Part shown: positions 8,753 through 18,190 of the stretch, piece by piece
Position numbering within the stretch: the stretch's first letter is position 1
How the letters are laid out: each line of letters starts with the position of its first letter
NCBI GenBank assembly: GCA_016182605.1
Contig: JACPGE010000074.1
Span: 1,694 to 65,693 of the forward strand
Source of the DNA: Candidatus Hydrogenedentota bacterium
GTDB lineage: Bacteria > Hydrogenedentota > Hydrogenedentia > Hydrogenedentales > JAEUWI01
Direction of reading: 5' to 3'
DNA length: 64,000 bases
Program-made: the position numbers and the translations under genes
The notes under the pieces: model-generated
The model's database searches: none
The model's input: only the letters and a program-made list of their open reading frames with translations
What the model was told of the DNA's origin: nothing

Positions 8753-10783
8753 TCAATACAACTTAATAGTTTGAAAATTGCCTAGGTCTACAATAGACGC
8801 GCCGCAATGAACTACGTCGAGATCAAAATTATCTAGTTGATGCTCTTCGTCAAACCCATCATTGGGACTATCGGTGAAATCTCCCGAGTCTCTGACTGTC
8901 TTTACGGTGCCAACTCCGCCGCCAAGTCCCACAATCAGAACGCGATCATTGCAGTGAAGTATCTCACTTTGAAAATGACGAGCAACTGTTGTCCCATCTA
9001 CAGCAGCACCACAGCTTCCCATCGCCTGCTCCATGATTCTAAAGGTGCGATTCCTTACTGCATCTACCGGTCGTCCTTCACAATGATCGTAATCGTAAGT
9101 ACTCCTCGTGACTAATCCATGCTCTATCGTAGTACCGCTACCGTTAAGCAGTAATCTCTCTAAGAATAATGCATGCAAAGTTGCTTGGACCCACTGGCAA
9201 TCATCCGTCATATACACAGGTGGCGCCATGGTCCCATCACCTTGACAGGTGGCTTCTGCTTCGTCCGGTATATTGTAACGGCTGTGCCGGAACATCCCAA
9301 GATTTTCGAAGTGGTAATCCTTGTCGTCGCTATACTCAACGTTGTCGACAGTCCATTCCGCCGTGATGCCGGTGAATTCGGCTACAGGGAGATTCGCAAG
9401 GCCAAAGGATTCCACGTGCTGGCCTGCCTCACGAGAAGCTGACAGAATCTCGTGAGGTCCTCCTGGCCCCGTCAATGTCAAAACCAATGTTCCAATTACG
9501 CCGGTCGGGCCCAAGAGGACTTCAATCCGATCTTCTGTGACTTCTACATCACGAATTTTTACGGTAAGCTCGACAAATACTCCTGTCACCGTTTTGTCCG
9601 AGTCCATCGTCAGTTCGCCCGGATCGGCTTCGCCAGTCAGATCGCCCTCCCAGTGGTCGAATACCCAATCCACTTCCGCCGTAGGCGTGAGCGTTACGAC
9701 CGATCCTGACGTATAAGGCCCTTCGGCCGGCAAGACTTCGAGCGTGCCTTGGCCTGAAGTATTTGATGTCAACGAGAACCCCTGCACGAACACCGCCGTC
9801 ACGGTCTTGTCCCCATCCATCGTCAAGGTGCCGGGATCCGAATTGCCCGTCAAATCACCTTCCCAATGATCGAATACCCAATCCGTGGCCGGTGTGGGTG
9901 TTAGCGTCACTGTGGTTCCACTGTCATACGGGCCATTTTCCGGCGATACCTCCACTGTTCCCTGACCATCCGTTTCGACAGTCAAGGCAAACTCTTGCAC
10001 AAACACCGCCGTGATCAACTTGTGCCCGATCATGGTTATGGAAGCCGGGTTGGCGGAGCCCGACGTGCCGCCACTCCAATGGTCGAAGACCCAGCCACTG
10101 GCCGGCGAAGGCGTCACCGTGACCGTTGTCCCCTGCACGTAGGTGCCCATTTCGGGCGACACGGTCCCTTCGCCCTCCACCGAAACCACCAGGTAATACT
10201 GTGGATAGAACACCGCCGTGACGGACTTGCTTTCATCCATCGTCACGGTGGCCGGATTGTCCGAGCCAGAGAGGTCACCCGTCCAGTGGTGGAAGACCCA
10301 ATCGGGCACGAGGAGTCCACCATCCGTTTCGGGAATAGCCGTGACACTCACCTGGGTACCCTCGGGGTAGATGCCGGCTTCCGGCTCGACTCTCCCCTCG
10401 CCTTCCGTGGCGGTTTGCAGCCCATATAGCGGCACAAACACTGCCGTGATCGATTTGTCCGCGTTCATGGTCACGGTACCCGGATTCGACGTGCCGTTCA
10501 AATCGCCGGTCCATTCCTTGAAGGACCATCCCGTGGCAGGTGTGGGGGCGATGCTAACCTGGGTCCCCTCGGTATAGGTGCCGCTGGCGGGTGAAACGCT
10601 CCCTTGGCCAGTCGTCGCGACGCTCAGTGTGTGCGTGGCCTGTACGAAGTGGGCCGTGATCGATTTGTGCCCGTCCATGGTTACGGAGCCCGGGTTGACC
10701 GATCCGGAGTAGCCGCCGGACCAATCGTCGAATTCCCGACCGCTTGCGGTTGTGGCGGAGATCGTGAGTGTTTCATCCTGCAC
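8753..10783 (-). CDS. InlB B-repeat (Flg_new-type) containing protein with low-GC Cys-rich C-terminal domain; 5' end apparently disrupted (possible pseudogene)
   Basis: About 7 tandem ~75-aa repeats of the pattern GxGxVxxxPxxGxYxxGTxVTLTPTPAxxWxFDHWxGDLTGxxxPxxxTMDxDKTVTAVF. The listed Met lies in the middle of a repeat. An in-frame TAA sits 12 nt upstream and repeat-like sequence continues to about 11.0 kb in shifted frames, with no signal peptide. The C-terminal ~250 aa are low GC. Confidence 0.6.
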   Translation of the reverse strand: MQDETLTISATTASGREFDDWSGGYSGSVNPGSVTMDGHKSITAHFVQATHTLSVATTGQGSVSPASGTYTEGTQVSIAPTPATGWSFKEWTGDLNGTSNPGTVTMNADKSITAVFVPLYGLQTATEGEGRVEPEAGIYPEGTQVSVTAIPETDGGLLVPDWVFHHWTGDLSGSDNPATVTMDESKSVTAVFYPQYYLVVSVEGEGTVSPEMGTYVQGTTVTVTPSPASGWVFDHWSGGTSGSANPASITMIGHKLITAVFVQEFALTVETDGQGTVEVSPENGPYDSGTTVTLTPTPATDWVFDHWEGDLTGNSDPGTLTMDGDKTVTAVFVQGFSLTSNTSGQGTLEVLPAEGPYTSGSVVTLTPTAEVDWVFDHWEGDLTGEADPGELTMDSDKTVTGVFVELTVKIRDVEVTEDRIEVLLGPTGVIGTLVLTLTGPGGPHEILSASREAGQHVESFGLANLPVAEFTGITAEWTVDNVEYSDDKDYHFENLGMFRHSRYNIPDEAEATCQGDGTMAPPVYMTDDCQWVQATLHALFLERLLLNGSGTTIEHGLVTRSTYDYDHCEGRPVDAVRNRTFRIMEQAMGSCGAAVDGTTVARHFQSEILHCNDRVLIVGLGGGVGTVKTVRDSGDFTDSPNDGFDEEHQLDNFDLDVVHCGASIVDLGNFQTIKLY

Positions 10784-11068
10784 GAATGCGCCTTATACGG
10801 GCTTAACGCCTCCCTGACCTCCCACAGAAGTGAATAGGTAGTACGACGGAACGAAAACGGCGGTAACCGACTTGTTCGCAACGCGCGATCCTGTTGGCAC
10901 GCTTCTCCCCTCGGGCCATGCAGTTCACCGAGCTCCCGTCGCTCGTCCCTCGATTCGCAGCCCTTCCCGCCCCTTTTGACCGCCCCAAAAATAGAATGAA
11001 CCTTTCCTGACCCAGGGCGTACTACAGGGTGAACACCGCCACGCGGCGCCGGAGAAAGGATTCCCTCC

Positions 11069-13855
11069 ATGAGACCCATACTGCTGTCCCTGTTCCTTCT
11101 GTTCACGGCCCTTTCAGCACTTGCAGACGATTTGGCTACGCTGGCCCCGCCGCCGCCCGGCCCGCCCGATACCGAGTGGATCGTGCCCGAATTGCCCTCG
11201 GCAGACATGCGCCTGTCGTGGTCCGATTTTCGCACGCTGCTGCAACTGCTCCCCACGGCCGCGCAAACCGGGCGCGAGAAACCCGATCCGCCCCCCTGGC
11301 CCTGGGCCGTGACCAGCGCACGCTACCACCTGGACGCCACGGATCACCCGGCGGTCCCCGCGGAACTGAGTCTCGAAGTGGAGGTCTGGGCGGATGCCTG
11401 GACCACCATCCCGCTACTGGGCAATAGCATCGCCGTGAGCAGCGTGTCGATCGACGGTACTGCGTCGTCCCTGCGCGACCAGGACGGCTGGTTCACGCTG
11501 CTGCTGAAAGACCCCGGGCACTATCGCGTGGATATTGCCTTCTTCGCCCAGACCGTCGAAGCCGATGGCGAAGTGACCCTGCAGTTTCCCGCCGTTGCCG
11601 CACCGGTCACGGAGGTGCTGTTGCTCCTGGGCGGCGACGCGGCGGCCGTCTCCTCGCCCAATGCCGCCCGTGTGACCCTGCACTCCAACGCGGACGGTCA
11701 GGAGGCCCTGCTTGCCCTGAAACCCGCCGAGACTCTGCAACTGCATTGGCAGCGCCCATCGCTCGTAAAAGAAAAGCTTCCGCCTGCCCCGCCACGCATC
11801 ACGGCGGATCTCCGCACCCAGGTGCGGCTCTCCGGCGGGCTCCTGGAAGGCACGGCGCGGGTGAACTTCGAAGTTCTCCGGGGCGCCGTGAACCGCTTCG
11901 CGCTCGAACTGCCCAAGGACGTGGTCCTGCTCGAAGTGGAGGGCGGGGATCTGGAGTGGACCCTGGAGGACGAGCCCGCCGTCCAATGCCTGCACCTCGT
12001 CCCGGCCAGCAGCGTCAGCGGGGTCTACCCCGTGACCCTGCGCTACGAGCAACTTCTCGCCGAAGACGCCGGGCCCGTGACCTTGCCCAAGATCGTCGCG
12101 CGCGATGTGGCGCGCCAGAGCGGCGCCATAGGCATCTCCACCGCGCGCAATTTCAGTATGGAAATCGCCGAGCCCACCCTGGGCGTGACGCGCACCGATC
12201 CGGAAGGTCAGTTTGCCCTGGGCCTGGATTGGGAAATCCTGCACGCCTTCCGCTACAGCCAGACGGACTACCAGCTCACCGTCGCGGCGGCAGTCATCCA
12301 GCCCCGCATCGCCGCAGAGACCGAGATGCTGGCCAGTGTTTCCCCAACCGCTTTTCATGTACGGGCCAACGTGCACTACCGGGTCTTGCGCGGTGAAAGC
12401 AGCCGCCTCGCACTCGCGCTTCCCGCAGGCGTGAGTGTGCTGTCGGTCACTGGTCCCGGTATGGACTGGTACGCCGTGGACAGTGATGGCGGACAGCGCA
12501 TCGAGGTGGAACTGAACGAGCCGCTGACCGATCGGTGCACCGTGCACCTGCTGCTGGAACGCAACGTGGAGAACCTGGAAGAGGCCGTGCCTGTGCCGCC
12601 GGTTACCGTGCTGGATGCCGTGCGCCAGAGCACCTGGATCGGGATCGCCGCCGCCGGAAACGTGAAAGTGGACGTGGGCGCGGACACCGCCGGCCTTGGC
12701 CGTCTGGATGAATCGGAACTCCCGGCCGGCGTGCGCGCCCTGGCGGAAAGCCCGATACTGCACGCCTTCTCCAGCCAGTCGCCCACCTTCGTCCTCCCCC
12801 TGCTACTCAGCCGTCTCGACGACGTGGCCGTGCGCGTTGCTGCCATCGATGCTGCGGAACTCACGACCGTCGTCAGCGATGAGATGCTCATTACGCGCGC
12901 CCGCTACTGGGTGCGCAACAACCAGCGCCAGTTCCTCCGCATCGATCCCGGGCCGGATGTGGAAATCTGGGGCGCGCAGGCCGATGGCCACGCGGCCAGT
13001 CCGGCGAAAGACCCGGAGTCGGAGCATGGCGTGCTGCTGCCCATGCGCAAGTCCGTGGAAGGTGCAGGCGGTTTGGGCAGTTTTCCCATGGAGATCATCT
13101 TCATGCAACGGCCGCCCTTGCCGCGCTTTGGCCGCCTTGCACTCGCGCTGCGCGCACCCGCCACCGATATCCTCGCCGACCGTATGGCGTGGACGGTCTA
13201 TGTGCCTGAAGGCTACCGGGTGAGCGCTTCTGCGGGGGATCTCGCGCCCGTCGCCTTGCCGGTGATCCTGCCCAGTCCCAACCGGGGCGCCATGACCCTC
13301 GGTAATCCGGAAACGATTTACCGGCTGCGGGAAGGCATCGAACGCTTCTTCATCACGGACATCAACAATCCCGCCGGATCAACCGCAGCCCAGTCCAAGG
13401 ACTTCGCCGGCCAGACCTATGCCGCTGCCGAAGCGGGCGAGGCTTCTGTTCGTCTGGCTGGCGTGCTCCCCGTGCATATCAATCTGCCGCAAACCGGCGT
13501 CCCGCACCGCTTCGAGCGGGCATTGGCGCCCCAGGGCGCCGCGCTTCACCTGAATCTCGCATTGACCAATGCCCGCCTCATCTGGGCGTGGGCCGCCGCC
13601 AGCGCCCTGTCCTTCTTCCTGCTGGTCCTGGCCATCCGATTCCGCGCGCCCCTGCAGGAACGCGCCTCGGCCGCCGCGTGGCGGATCGCACTGGCGATCT
13701 TGCTCGCCGTGGCGTGCGCGTCGCTCCTGCAGGCGCCCGGGATCGGCGCCATGGCGGCCCTCGTTGGGCTGGCTGCCGCCGAGGCGCTCATCCGCCTGCT
13801 TCGTCTTCGCGCCGGCCGCGCGCCGCGCCACACAAGCACAGGGGACGCGGCATGA
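11069..13855 (+). CDS. large secreted/membrane-anchored hypothetical protein (928 aa) with a DUF1559-like ITDINNPAGST motif
   Basis: Signal peptide (MRPILLSLFLLFTALSALA) and C-terminal hydrophobic helices. It contains REGIERFFITDINNPAGST, which is nearly identical in DNA to a segment of the anti-sigma gene. The stop overlaps the next start (ATGA). Confidence 0.6.
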   Translation: MRPILLSLFLLFTALSALADDLATLAPPPPGPPDTEWIVPELPSADMRLSWSDFRTLLQLLPTAAQTGREKPDPPPWPWAVTSARYHLDATDHPAVPAELSLEVEVWADAWTTIPLLGNSIAVSSVSIDGTASSLRDQDGWFTLLLKDPGHYRVDIAFFAQTVEADGEVTLQFPAVAAPVTEVLLLLGGDAAAVSSPNAARVTLHSNADGQEALLALKPAETLQLHWQRPSLVKEKLPPAPPRITADLRTQVRLSGGLLEGTARVNFEVLRGAVNRFALELPKDVVLLEVEGGDLEWTLEDEPAVQCLHLVPASSVSGVYPVTLRYEQLLAEDAGPVTLPKIVARDVARQSGAIGISTARNFSMEIAEPTLGVTRTDPEGQFALGLDWEILHAFRYSQTDYQLTVAAAVIQPRIAAETEMLASVSPTAFHVRANVHYRVLRGESSRLALALPAGVSVLSVTGPGMDWYAVDSDGGQRIEVELNEPLTDRCTVHLLLERNVENLEEAVPVPPVTVLDAVRQSTWIGIAAAGNVKVDVGADTAGLGRLDESELPAGVRALAESPILHAFSSQSPTFVLPLLLSRLDDVAVRVAAIDAAELTTVVSDEMLITRARYWVRNNQRQFLRIDPGPDVEIWGAQADGHAASPAKDPESEHGVLLPMRKSVEGAGGLGSFPMEIIFMQRPPLPRFGRLALALRAPATDILADRMAWTVYVPEGYRVSASAGDLAPVALPVILPSPNRGAMTLGNPETIYRLREGIERFFITDINNPAGSTAAQSKDFAGQTYAAAEAGEASVRLAGVLPVHINLPQTGVPHRFERALAPQGAALHLNLALTNARLIWAWAAASALSFFLLVLAIRFRAPLQERASAAAWRIALAILLAVACASLLQAPGIGAMAALVGLAAAEALIRLLRLRAGRAPRHTSTGDAA

Positions 13856-14592
13856 AAGTCAGTGGCAAGGAATTCGCCTTCATCCTGGCGGCGCTCATCG
13901 TACTGTCCATCCTCGTCGTGCCGGCGCTGTCGCGTGCGCGGGAGACGGGCAAGCGCGCCACGTGCCAGAACAACCTCAAACAATTGGGCATCGTGCTGAA
14001 GATGTACGCCAACGAATCCCGGGGCGAATGCTATCCGCCTCTGTCCCCAAAATCTGGCAATTGGATGATGGACATGGACGCCGTCTATCCCGAGTATCTG
14101 AGCGATCTGACCGTGCTGAAATGCCCTGACAGTCCGCTGAACTTCGACCAGGACTTCACGCTGCGCGAAAACATGCGCCACCCCGGGGCGCCCCTGAACG
14201 TGCCGCACCCCGACTGCGTGACCGGCAAGTACTACACCTACACCGGGTACACCCTCACGGGGGACGAAACGGCATTGGCACTCTACTTCGCCTATCACGC
14301 CAACCCGGACGCGGTGCGAAAGAAGGGCGATCTCACGCTCCCCATACCGCACTGGGAACACAGCCAATGGAACGCCATGAAGGGCGGTTTCGTGGTCCTA
14401 TGGGATCGCGTCCCCGCGGATCCTGCGATGATGCCCCACAAGGCGGGCGCGATCAATGTCCTGGCGGCGGATGGCAGCGTTCAGGCCGTGCGTTACTCGC
14501 CCATGAATCAATCCGAAAACTTTCCCGCCACGGAAATCGCGGCACTCACCTTTGGCCTGGACGTCCCGGAAACCGATCCCGGCTGTTACTGA
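13852..14592 (+). CDS. DUF1559 / H-X9-DG prepilin-like protein
   Basis: Start refined to ATG 13852 (MKVSGKEFAFILAALIVLSILVVPALSRARETGKRATCQNNLKQLG), matching the DUF1559 N-terminus LPAVQAAREAARRxQCxNNLKQIG. The C-terminal HKAGAINVLAADGSV fits H-X9/10-DG. Confidence 0.75.
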   Translation: MKVSGKEFAFILAALIVLSILVVPALSRARETGKRATCQNNLKQLGIVLKMYANESRGECYPPLSPKSGNWMMDMDAVYPEYLSDLTVLKCPDSPLNFDQDFTLRENMRHPGAPLNVPHPDCVTGKYYTYTGYTLTGDETALALYFAYHANPDAVRKKGDLTLPIPHWEHSQWNAMKGGFVVLWDRVPADPAMMPHKAGAINVLAADGSVQAVRYSPMNQSENFPATEIAALTFGLDVPETDPGCY

Positions 14593-14656
14593 GAATATTC
14601 GAATGGAAGACCATGTCCGCGCAAGCGCTGCCGCGCCGGGGTGGCCCCCCTATTCA

Positions 14657-15385
14657 CTACCCGCTCCAGCTAAAACTCTCCAGATGCTGCCGCAGCCGCG
14701 CCGCGCTGGGGAAGCGCTGGGCGACCAGCCCGCGCTTGAGCCCGCAGCAGATCTGCTTTGCCTCCGGAGGAAGGGTGTGGTAGTGCGTCCGCCCACCGGT
14801 GATATCGTAAAACACCTTCACGATATCGAAGATGTCCTCCACTACCCGCGTGCGTGATTGCCGCCCGCGGTGGAAGAAGTCAATCATCTTGACGTCGTAA
14901 CCGATTCCCTTCCGCCGTATCAGCACGTTCTCCATGTGAATGTCCCCATGATACTCGCCCGCGGCATGGATCGATTCAAGCCCAGCCGCCAGCTCATGGA
15001 GGATATGCATTGCCTCGAACGGGCGGATGCGTTTTCCGCGAAGCCCGGAGATGTAGGTTTTCAGCCCTTCGCCTTCCACCAAATCGCTCACGAGAAAAAA
15101 CACGTCCTCGCCACGAACCTTGCAGCGCTCATGCGTGCAATAGCGCAACAGGATGGGGCAGGCGGAAAGACGATCCAGTTTCACCGCGTATTGACGCAAC
15201 GTGCGATTGCCCTCGTTGCGTTCTGGAAAAAAGAACTTTGCCGCGCGGTGGATCCCCGTCGCCGCTTCGCAGATGCGGTACACCTCGCCCTCCCAGCCGC
15301 CGCCCAGACGATCGACAATGAGGTACTTGCCGAGTATGGTCTTTCCGGGGATGAACCCGAAACCTTTCTCCCGCATTTCTGGCAT
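14657..15385 (-). CDS. small RIO/Kdo-type protein kinase-like protein
   Basis: Gly-rich loop GGGWEGEVY, Lys in AAKFF, and catalytic-loop-like YHGDIHMENVLI (compare HGDLxxxNIL of RIO/Kdo/aminoglycoside kinases). Length 242 aa. Confidence 0.55.
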   Translation of the reverse strand: MPEMREKGFGFIPGKTILGKYLIVDRLGGGWEGEVYRICEAATGIHRAAKFFFPERNEGNRTLRQYAVKLDRLSACPILLRYCTHERCKVRGEDVFFLVSDLVEGEGLKTYISGLRGKRIRPFEAMHILHELAAGLESIHAAGEYHGDIHMENVLIRRKGIGYDVKMIDFFHRGRQSRTRVVEDIFDIVKVFYDITGGRTHYHTLPPEAKQICCGLKRGLVAQRFPSAARLRQHLESFSWSG

Positions 15386-15451
15386 ACGTTCCCACTTTCC
15401 CGCCGTGAACTATTCCGATGCAGTACTCGGGGCCGGGCGCTGCACCCGCCG

Positions 15452-16471
15452 CTACGAAAGCCCGCGCAGGAATTGAACTACGGCGGGCCCCAGATTATCA
15501 ATGTTGTACCCCCCTTCCTGAACCACGGCCGCCGGGATGCCCAGGCCCGCCACCGCCGCGCCCACGGCCTCCAAATCGCCCGGCAGCAATTCAAAGGCTC
15601 CTTCCGGATCCCCCGCACACACATCGGCGCCAAAGGAGACCACGAGCCAGGAGGGCCCAAACTGGGCCAATGCCTCCAGCGCGATTGCCAGCGCCCCCAT
15701 GTATCGATCTTTCGAGGCGCCCGGCGGCAGGGGAAGGTTCAGGTTCGTGCCCAGCCCCTCGCCGGCGCCACGCTCATCCGCATGACCGGCAATGTACGGA
15801 TAAGCGAGACCCGGATCGCCGTGAATGGAGAGCACCATCACCGCCGGATCCGTATAGAAAATGTCCTGCGTCCCGTTGCCATGGTGGTAGTCCAAATCGA
15901 GCACGGCGCCCCGGCTCTGCGTCTCGTGCGCGAGGCAGCGGGCGGCGATGGCCGCATTGTTCAGGTAACAGAAGCCGCCGCAATAGCCGGGACCCGCGTG
16001 ATGGCCGGGAGGCCGGCACAGGGCATAGGCGCTACGCTCTCCCTGGAGCACGGCTTTCGCGGCAGCCAGCGCCGAAGCGGCCGACGCCATGGCGCCGCTG
16101 AACGTGGTCTCGCACAGCGGCGTGTACGTGTCGAAGCAGTACCAGCCTGCGCAATCGGCGAGATCCGCGGGAGGCGGCGCATCCACCCGGCGTGGAAAGG
16201 TACTCGGGAAGAGCAGGGCTCCGCCGGGTTCGCGGGCCTGCCAGGCGGCCCACGCGCCCTCCAGAAACTCCAGGTAGGCCGCAGTGTGTACCCGTTGAAT
16301 CCAGCGCATATCGGGGAGTGCGGGCTCGCTCAGCGTATGGCCCGCGGCGACGAGCGCTTCGAGAAGCACGGTGGCACGGTGTGCCGGCTCGGGGTGGGGC
16401 GCAAGCCCGGCGGGGAGCAATTGATGTGCGGGAGCATGCGCAAGTTGATTCGGGCTGAAGTACACCTGCAT
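15452..16471 (-). CDS. histone deacetylase-family hydrolase (acetylpolyamine/acetoin-utilisation amidohydrolase-like)
   Basis: Start refined to MQVYFSPN (ATG at 16471). Class-defining DLDYHHGNGTQDIF motif plus the PPGHHA motif. The long upstream extension of the raw ORF was rejected. Confidence 0.8.
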   Translation of the reverse strand: MQVYFSPNQLAHAPAHQLLPAGLAPHPEPAHRATVLLEALVAAGHTLSEPALPDMRWIQRVHTAAYLEFLEGAWAAWQAREPGGALLFPSTFPRRVDAPPPADLADCAGWYCFDTYTPLCETTFSGAMASAASALAAAKAVLQGERSAYALCRPPGHHAGPGYCGGFCYLNNAAIAARCLAHETQSRGAVLDLDYHHGNGTQDIFYTDPAVMVLSIHGDPGLAYPYIAGHADERGAGEGLGTNLNLPLPPGASKDRYMGALAIALEALAQFGPSWLVVSFGADVCAGDPEGAFELLPGDLEAVGAAVAGLGIPAAVVQEGGYNIDNLGPAVVQFLRGLS

Positions 16472-16581
16472 GACGCCGCTCCGGGAAGCTGCCCGGGATT
16501 CACGTCCCGGACGCGGTCGGGATAGGGATGCTGTACCGCGGCTACCGCGCGAACCCGCGATTGCCGCTTGCGGCGGACCGG

Positions 16582-17646
16582 CTATTTGCGATCCAGGTCC
16601 TCGAACAGGGCTTTGACGAGGAGCGGAAGCACGACCGTCGCGTCGGCATAGACTTCGGCAAACTGCCCGCCGGCGGAGGGCGGGACAAACTTGCCCCAGC
16701 TCACGCCTTCGGTGTAGGTGCAGCCCGAAAGTCCGCCCCAGTGCACGGGTTCGGGACAGATCCGGACGCCGTAGTGGAAGCGCGGTTCCGGGAGGGTGAT
16801 GTCCAGCCGGTGGGAGGTGATGTCGAAATACGGGGCGACTTGCTGGGCCCAATTCCGCGGCACGCCGCCGCCGATCGTGAAGATGCCCAGTTTCTTCTTG
16901 TTTCGCACGAGCCGGGCATACTCCTGGAGATCCAGGAAGGGGTTGTAGTTCGGAACCACGTCGAAGATCGCGTCGTTGTTTTGCGCGTTGCCCAGACTCT
17001 TCCGCATGGCCCATGTGGCGACGTCCAGACCGAGTTCACTGTCCGTGAAGGCGGGGATGAATATGGGAACGTTGTTTTCCCACGCCGAGCGGACGATGCC
17101 TTTGCCCATGTCTTGTTTGGCAAATTCCTTGCCCAGGGCGCGGCAGAAACGTGCTGAGGACCACGCGCCGTCTTCCGGCTCGTGGTCGCTCAGCACGCTC
17201 GAAACAATCTCTGCCAGATAGTTGAGGTTGGACTCCATCTCCACGGTATCGTAGATCCGGTTGTAGCCCATCTCAAACAGCTTCTCGTCGTCAACGCCTT
17301 CCGGAACGGCATAGTGGGCGCAGCCCACCGATTCCGAAAGGCCGTGGGCCATCAGCGCGCCCGTTGCCACCACGGCATCGATCACGCCGCGCTCTATGAG
17401 CGACGCAAAGATGCCGCCCTGTTTCGCCACGGTCATCGCGCCGCTTACGGTGAGCACCCGGAGGCACTCCTCGTCGCGCGCCATGCCTTGCAGCACTTCG
17501 AGCGCGCGGCCCACATTCCTGCCCCCAAAGGCCGTCGACCCCATGGCGCGGACGAGATCCCCGAAGGAATGGACCGCGTTCAGGTCGAGACTTTTGAGCG
17601 CAATGAGCCCGTCACTTTCACCGTCATGAAACGAACGACAATTCAC
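16582..17646 (-). CDS. deoxyhypusine synthase-like protein (homospermidine-synthase-like, NAD-dependent)
   Basis: DHS-family features: TIGGGVPRNW, SELGLDVATWAMRK, length ~350 aa. Confidence 0.75.
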   Translation of the reverse strand: MNCRSFHDGESDGLIALKSLDLNAVHSFGDLVRAMGSTAFGGRNVGRALEVLQGMARDEECLRVLTVSGAMTVAKQGGIFASLIERGVIDAVVATGALMAHGLSESVGCAHYAVPEGVDDEKLFEMGYNRIYDTVEMESNLNYLAEIVSSVLSDHEPEDGAWSSARFCRALGKEFAKQDMGKGIVRSAWENNVPIFIPAFTDSELGLDVATWAMRKSLGNAQNNDAIFDVVPNYNPFLDLQEYARLVRNKKKLGIFTIGGGVPRNWAQQVAPYFDITSHRLDITLPEPRFHYGVRICPEPVHWGGLSGCTYTEGVSWGKFVPPSAGGQFAEVYADATVVLPLLVKALFEDLDRK

Positions 17647-17662
17647 GCTGCTGATTCTTTCT

Positions 17663-18127
17663 TTAGGAGGCTAATTCCGGCACCAGTTTATGGAAGGCCG
17701 CGTCGCACTCCAGAGCCGCATCAAACCGGCCGCATTGACGCACCGAAACTTCCCCCAGGTCGATTTCCTGGAGGATGCATTCCAGCACGTCCCGGGGATC
17801 GGTGGTGCCACACGTGAAGATGTCCATGGCGATGAGGCCTTCATCCGCATACGTGTGGGCCGAACAGTGGCTCTCGTCCAGAAGTACGAACGCCGTGAAG
17901 CCTGGGGGGGAATCCAGGCCAAACTTGTAACGCACCTGGGAAATCACGTTCGCACCGGCGCGTTCCGCACCGCGGGCCATGGCTTCCAGGACGCGCTTGT
18001 CATTGAGACACACGTCGCGCGCGACGCCGCGACAATCTACCAGTAGGTGTTTTCCCTTTGACAACTCATAAACCCTCCTACAGTTGGAACCGAGTGAATC
18101 GACAGAAAAATGGAGCGTAATGTACAA
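17663..18127 (-). CDS. speH: S-adenosylmethionine decarboxylase proenzyme, small pyruvoyl-dependent (SpeH/class 1) type
   Basis: ESHCSAHTYADEG matches the AdoMetDC self-cleavage/active-site motif ESHxSxHTxPE. Size 154 aa. Confidence 0.75.
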   Translation of the reverse strand: MYITLHFSVDSLGSNCRRVYELSKGKHLLVDCRGVARDVCLNDKRVLEAMARGAERAGANVISQVRYKFGLDSPPGFTAFVLLDESHCSAHTYADEGLIAMDIFTCGTTDPRDVLECILQEIDLGEVSVRQCGRFDAALECDAAFHKLVPELAS

Positions 18128-18190
18128 CTGGCAGGCCAGTTGATGGAAAACTTATGGTAAAGAAACGGTAAAGTTTCCTGGGTGCGGGCT

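Noticed and set aside
11414-12763. 449-aa minus-strand ORF antisense to the 928-aa secreted-protein gene
   Set aside because: Antisense GC-rich frame artefact with no recognisable motifs, whereas the plus-strand gene has a signal peptide and sensible composition.
15452-17014. 520-aa version of the HDAC-family ORF with a ~180-aa Arg/Pro-rich N-terminal extension
   Set aside because: The extension overlaps the 3' end of the deoxyhypusine-synthase-like gene and is low-complexity. The HDAC domain begins cleanly at MQVYFSPN (16471).
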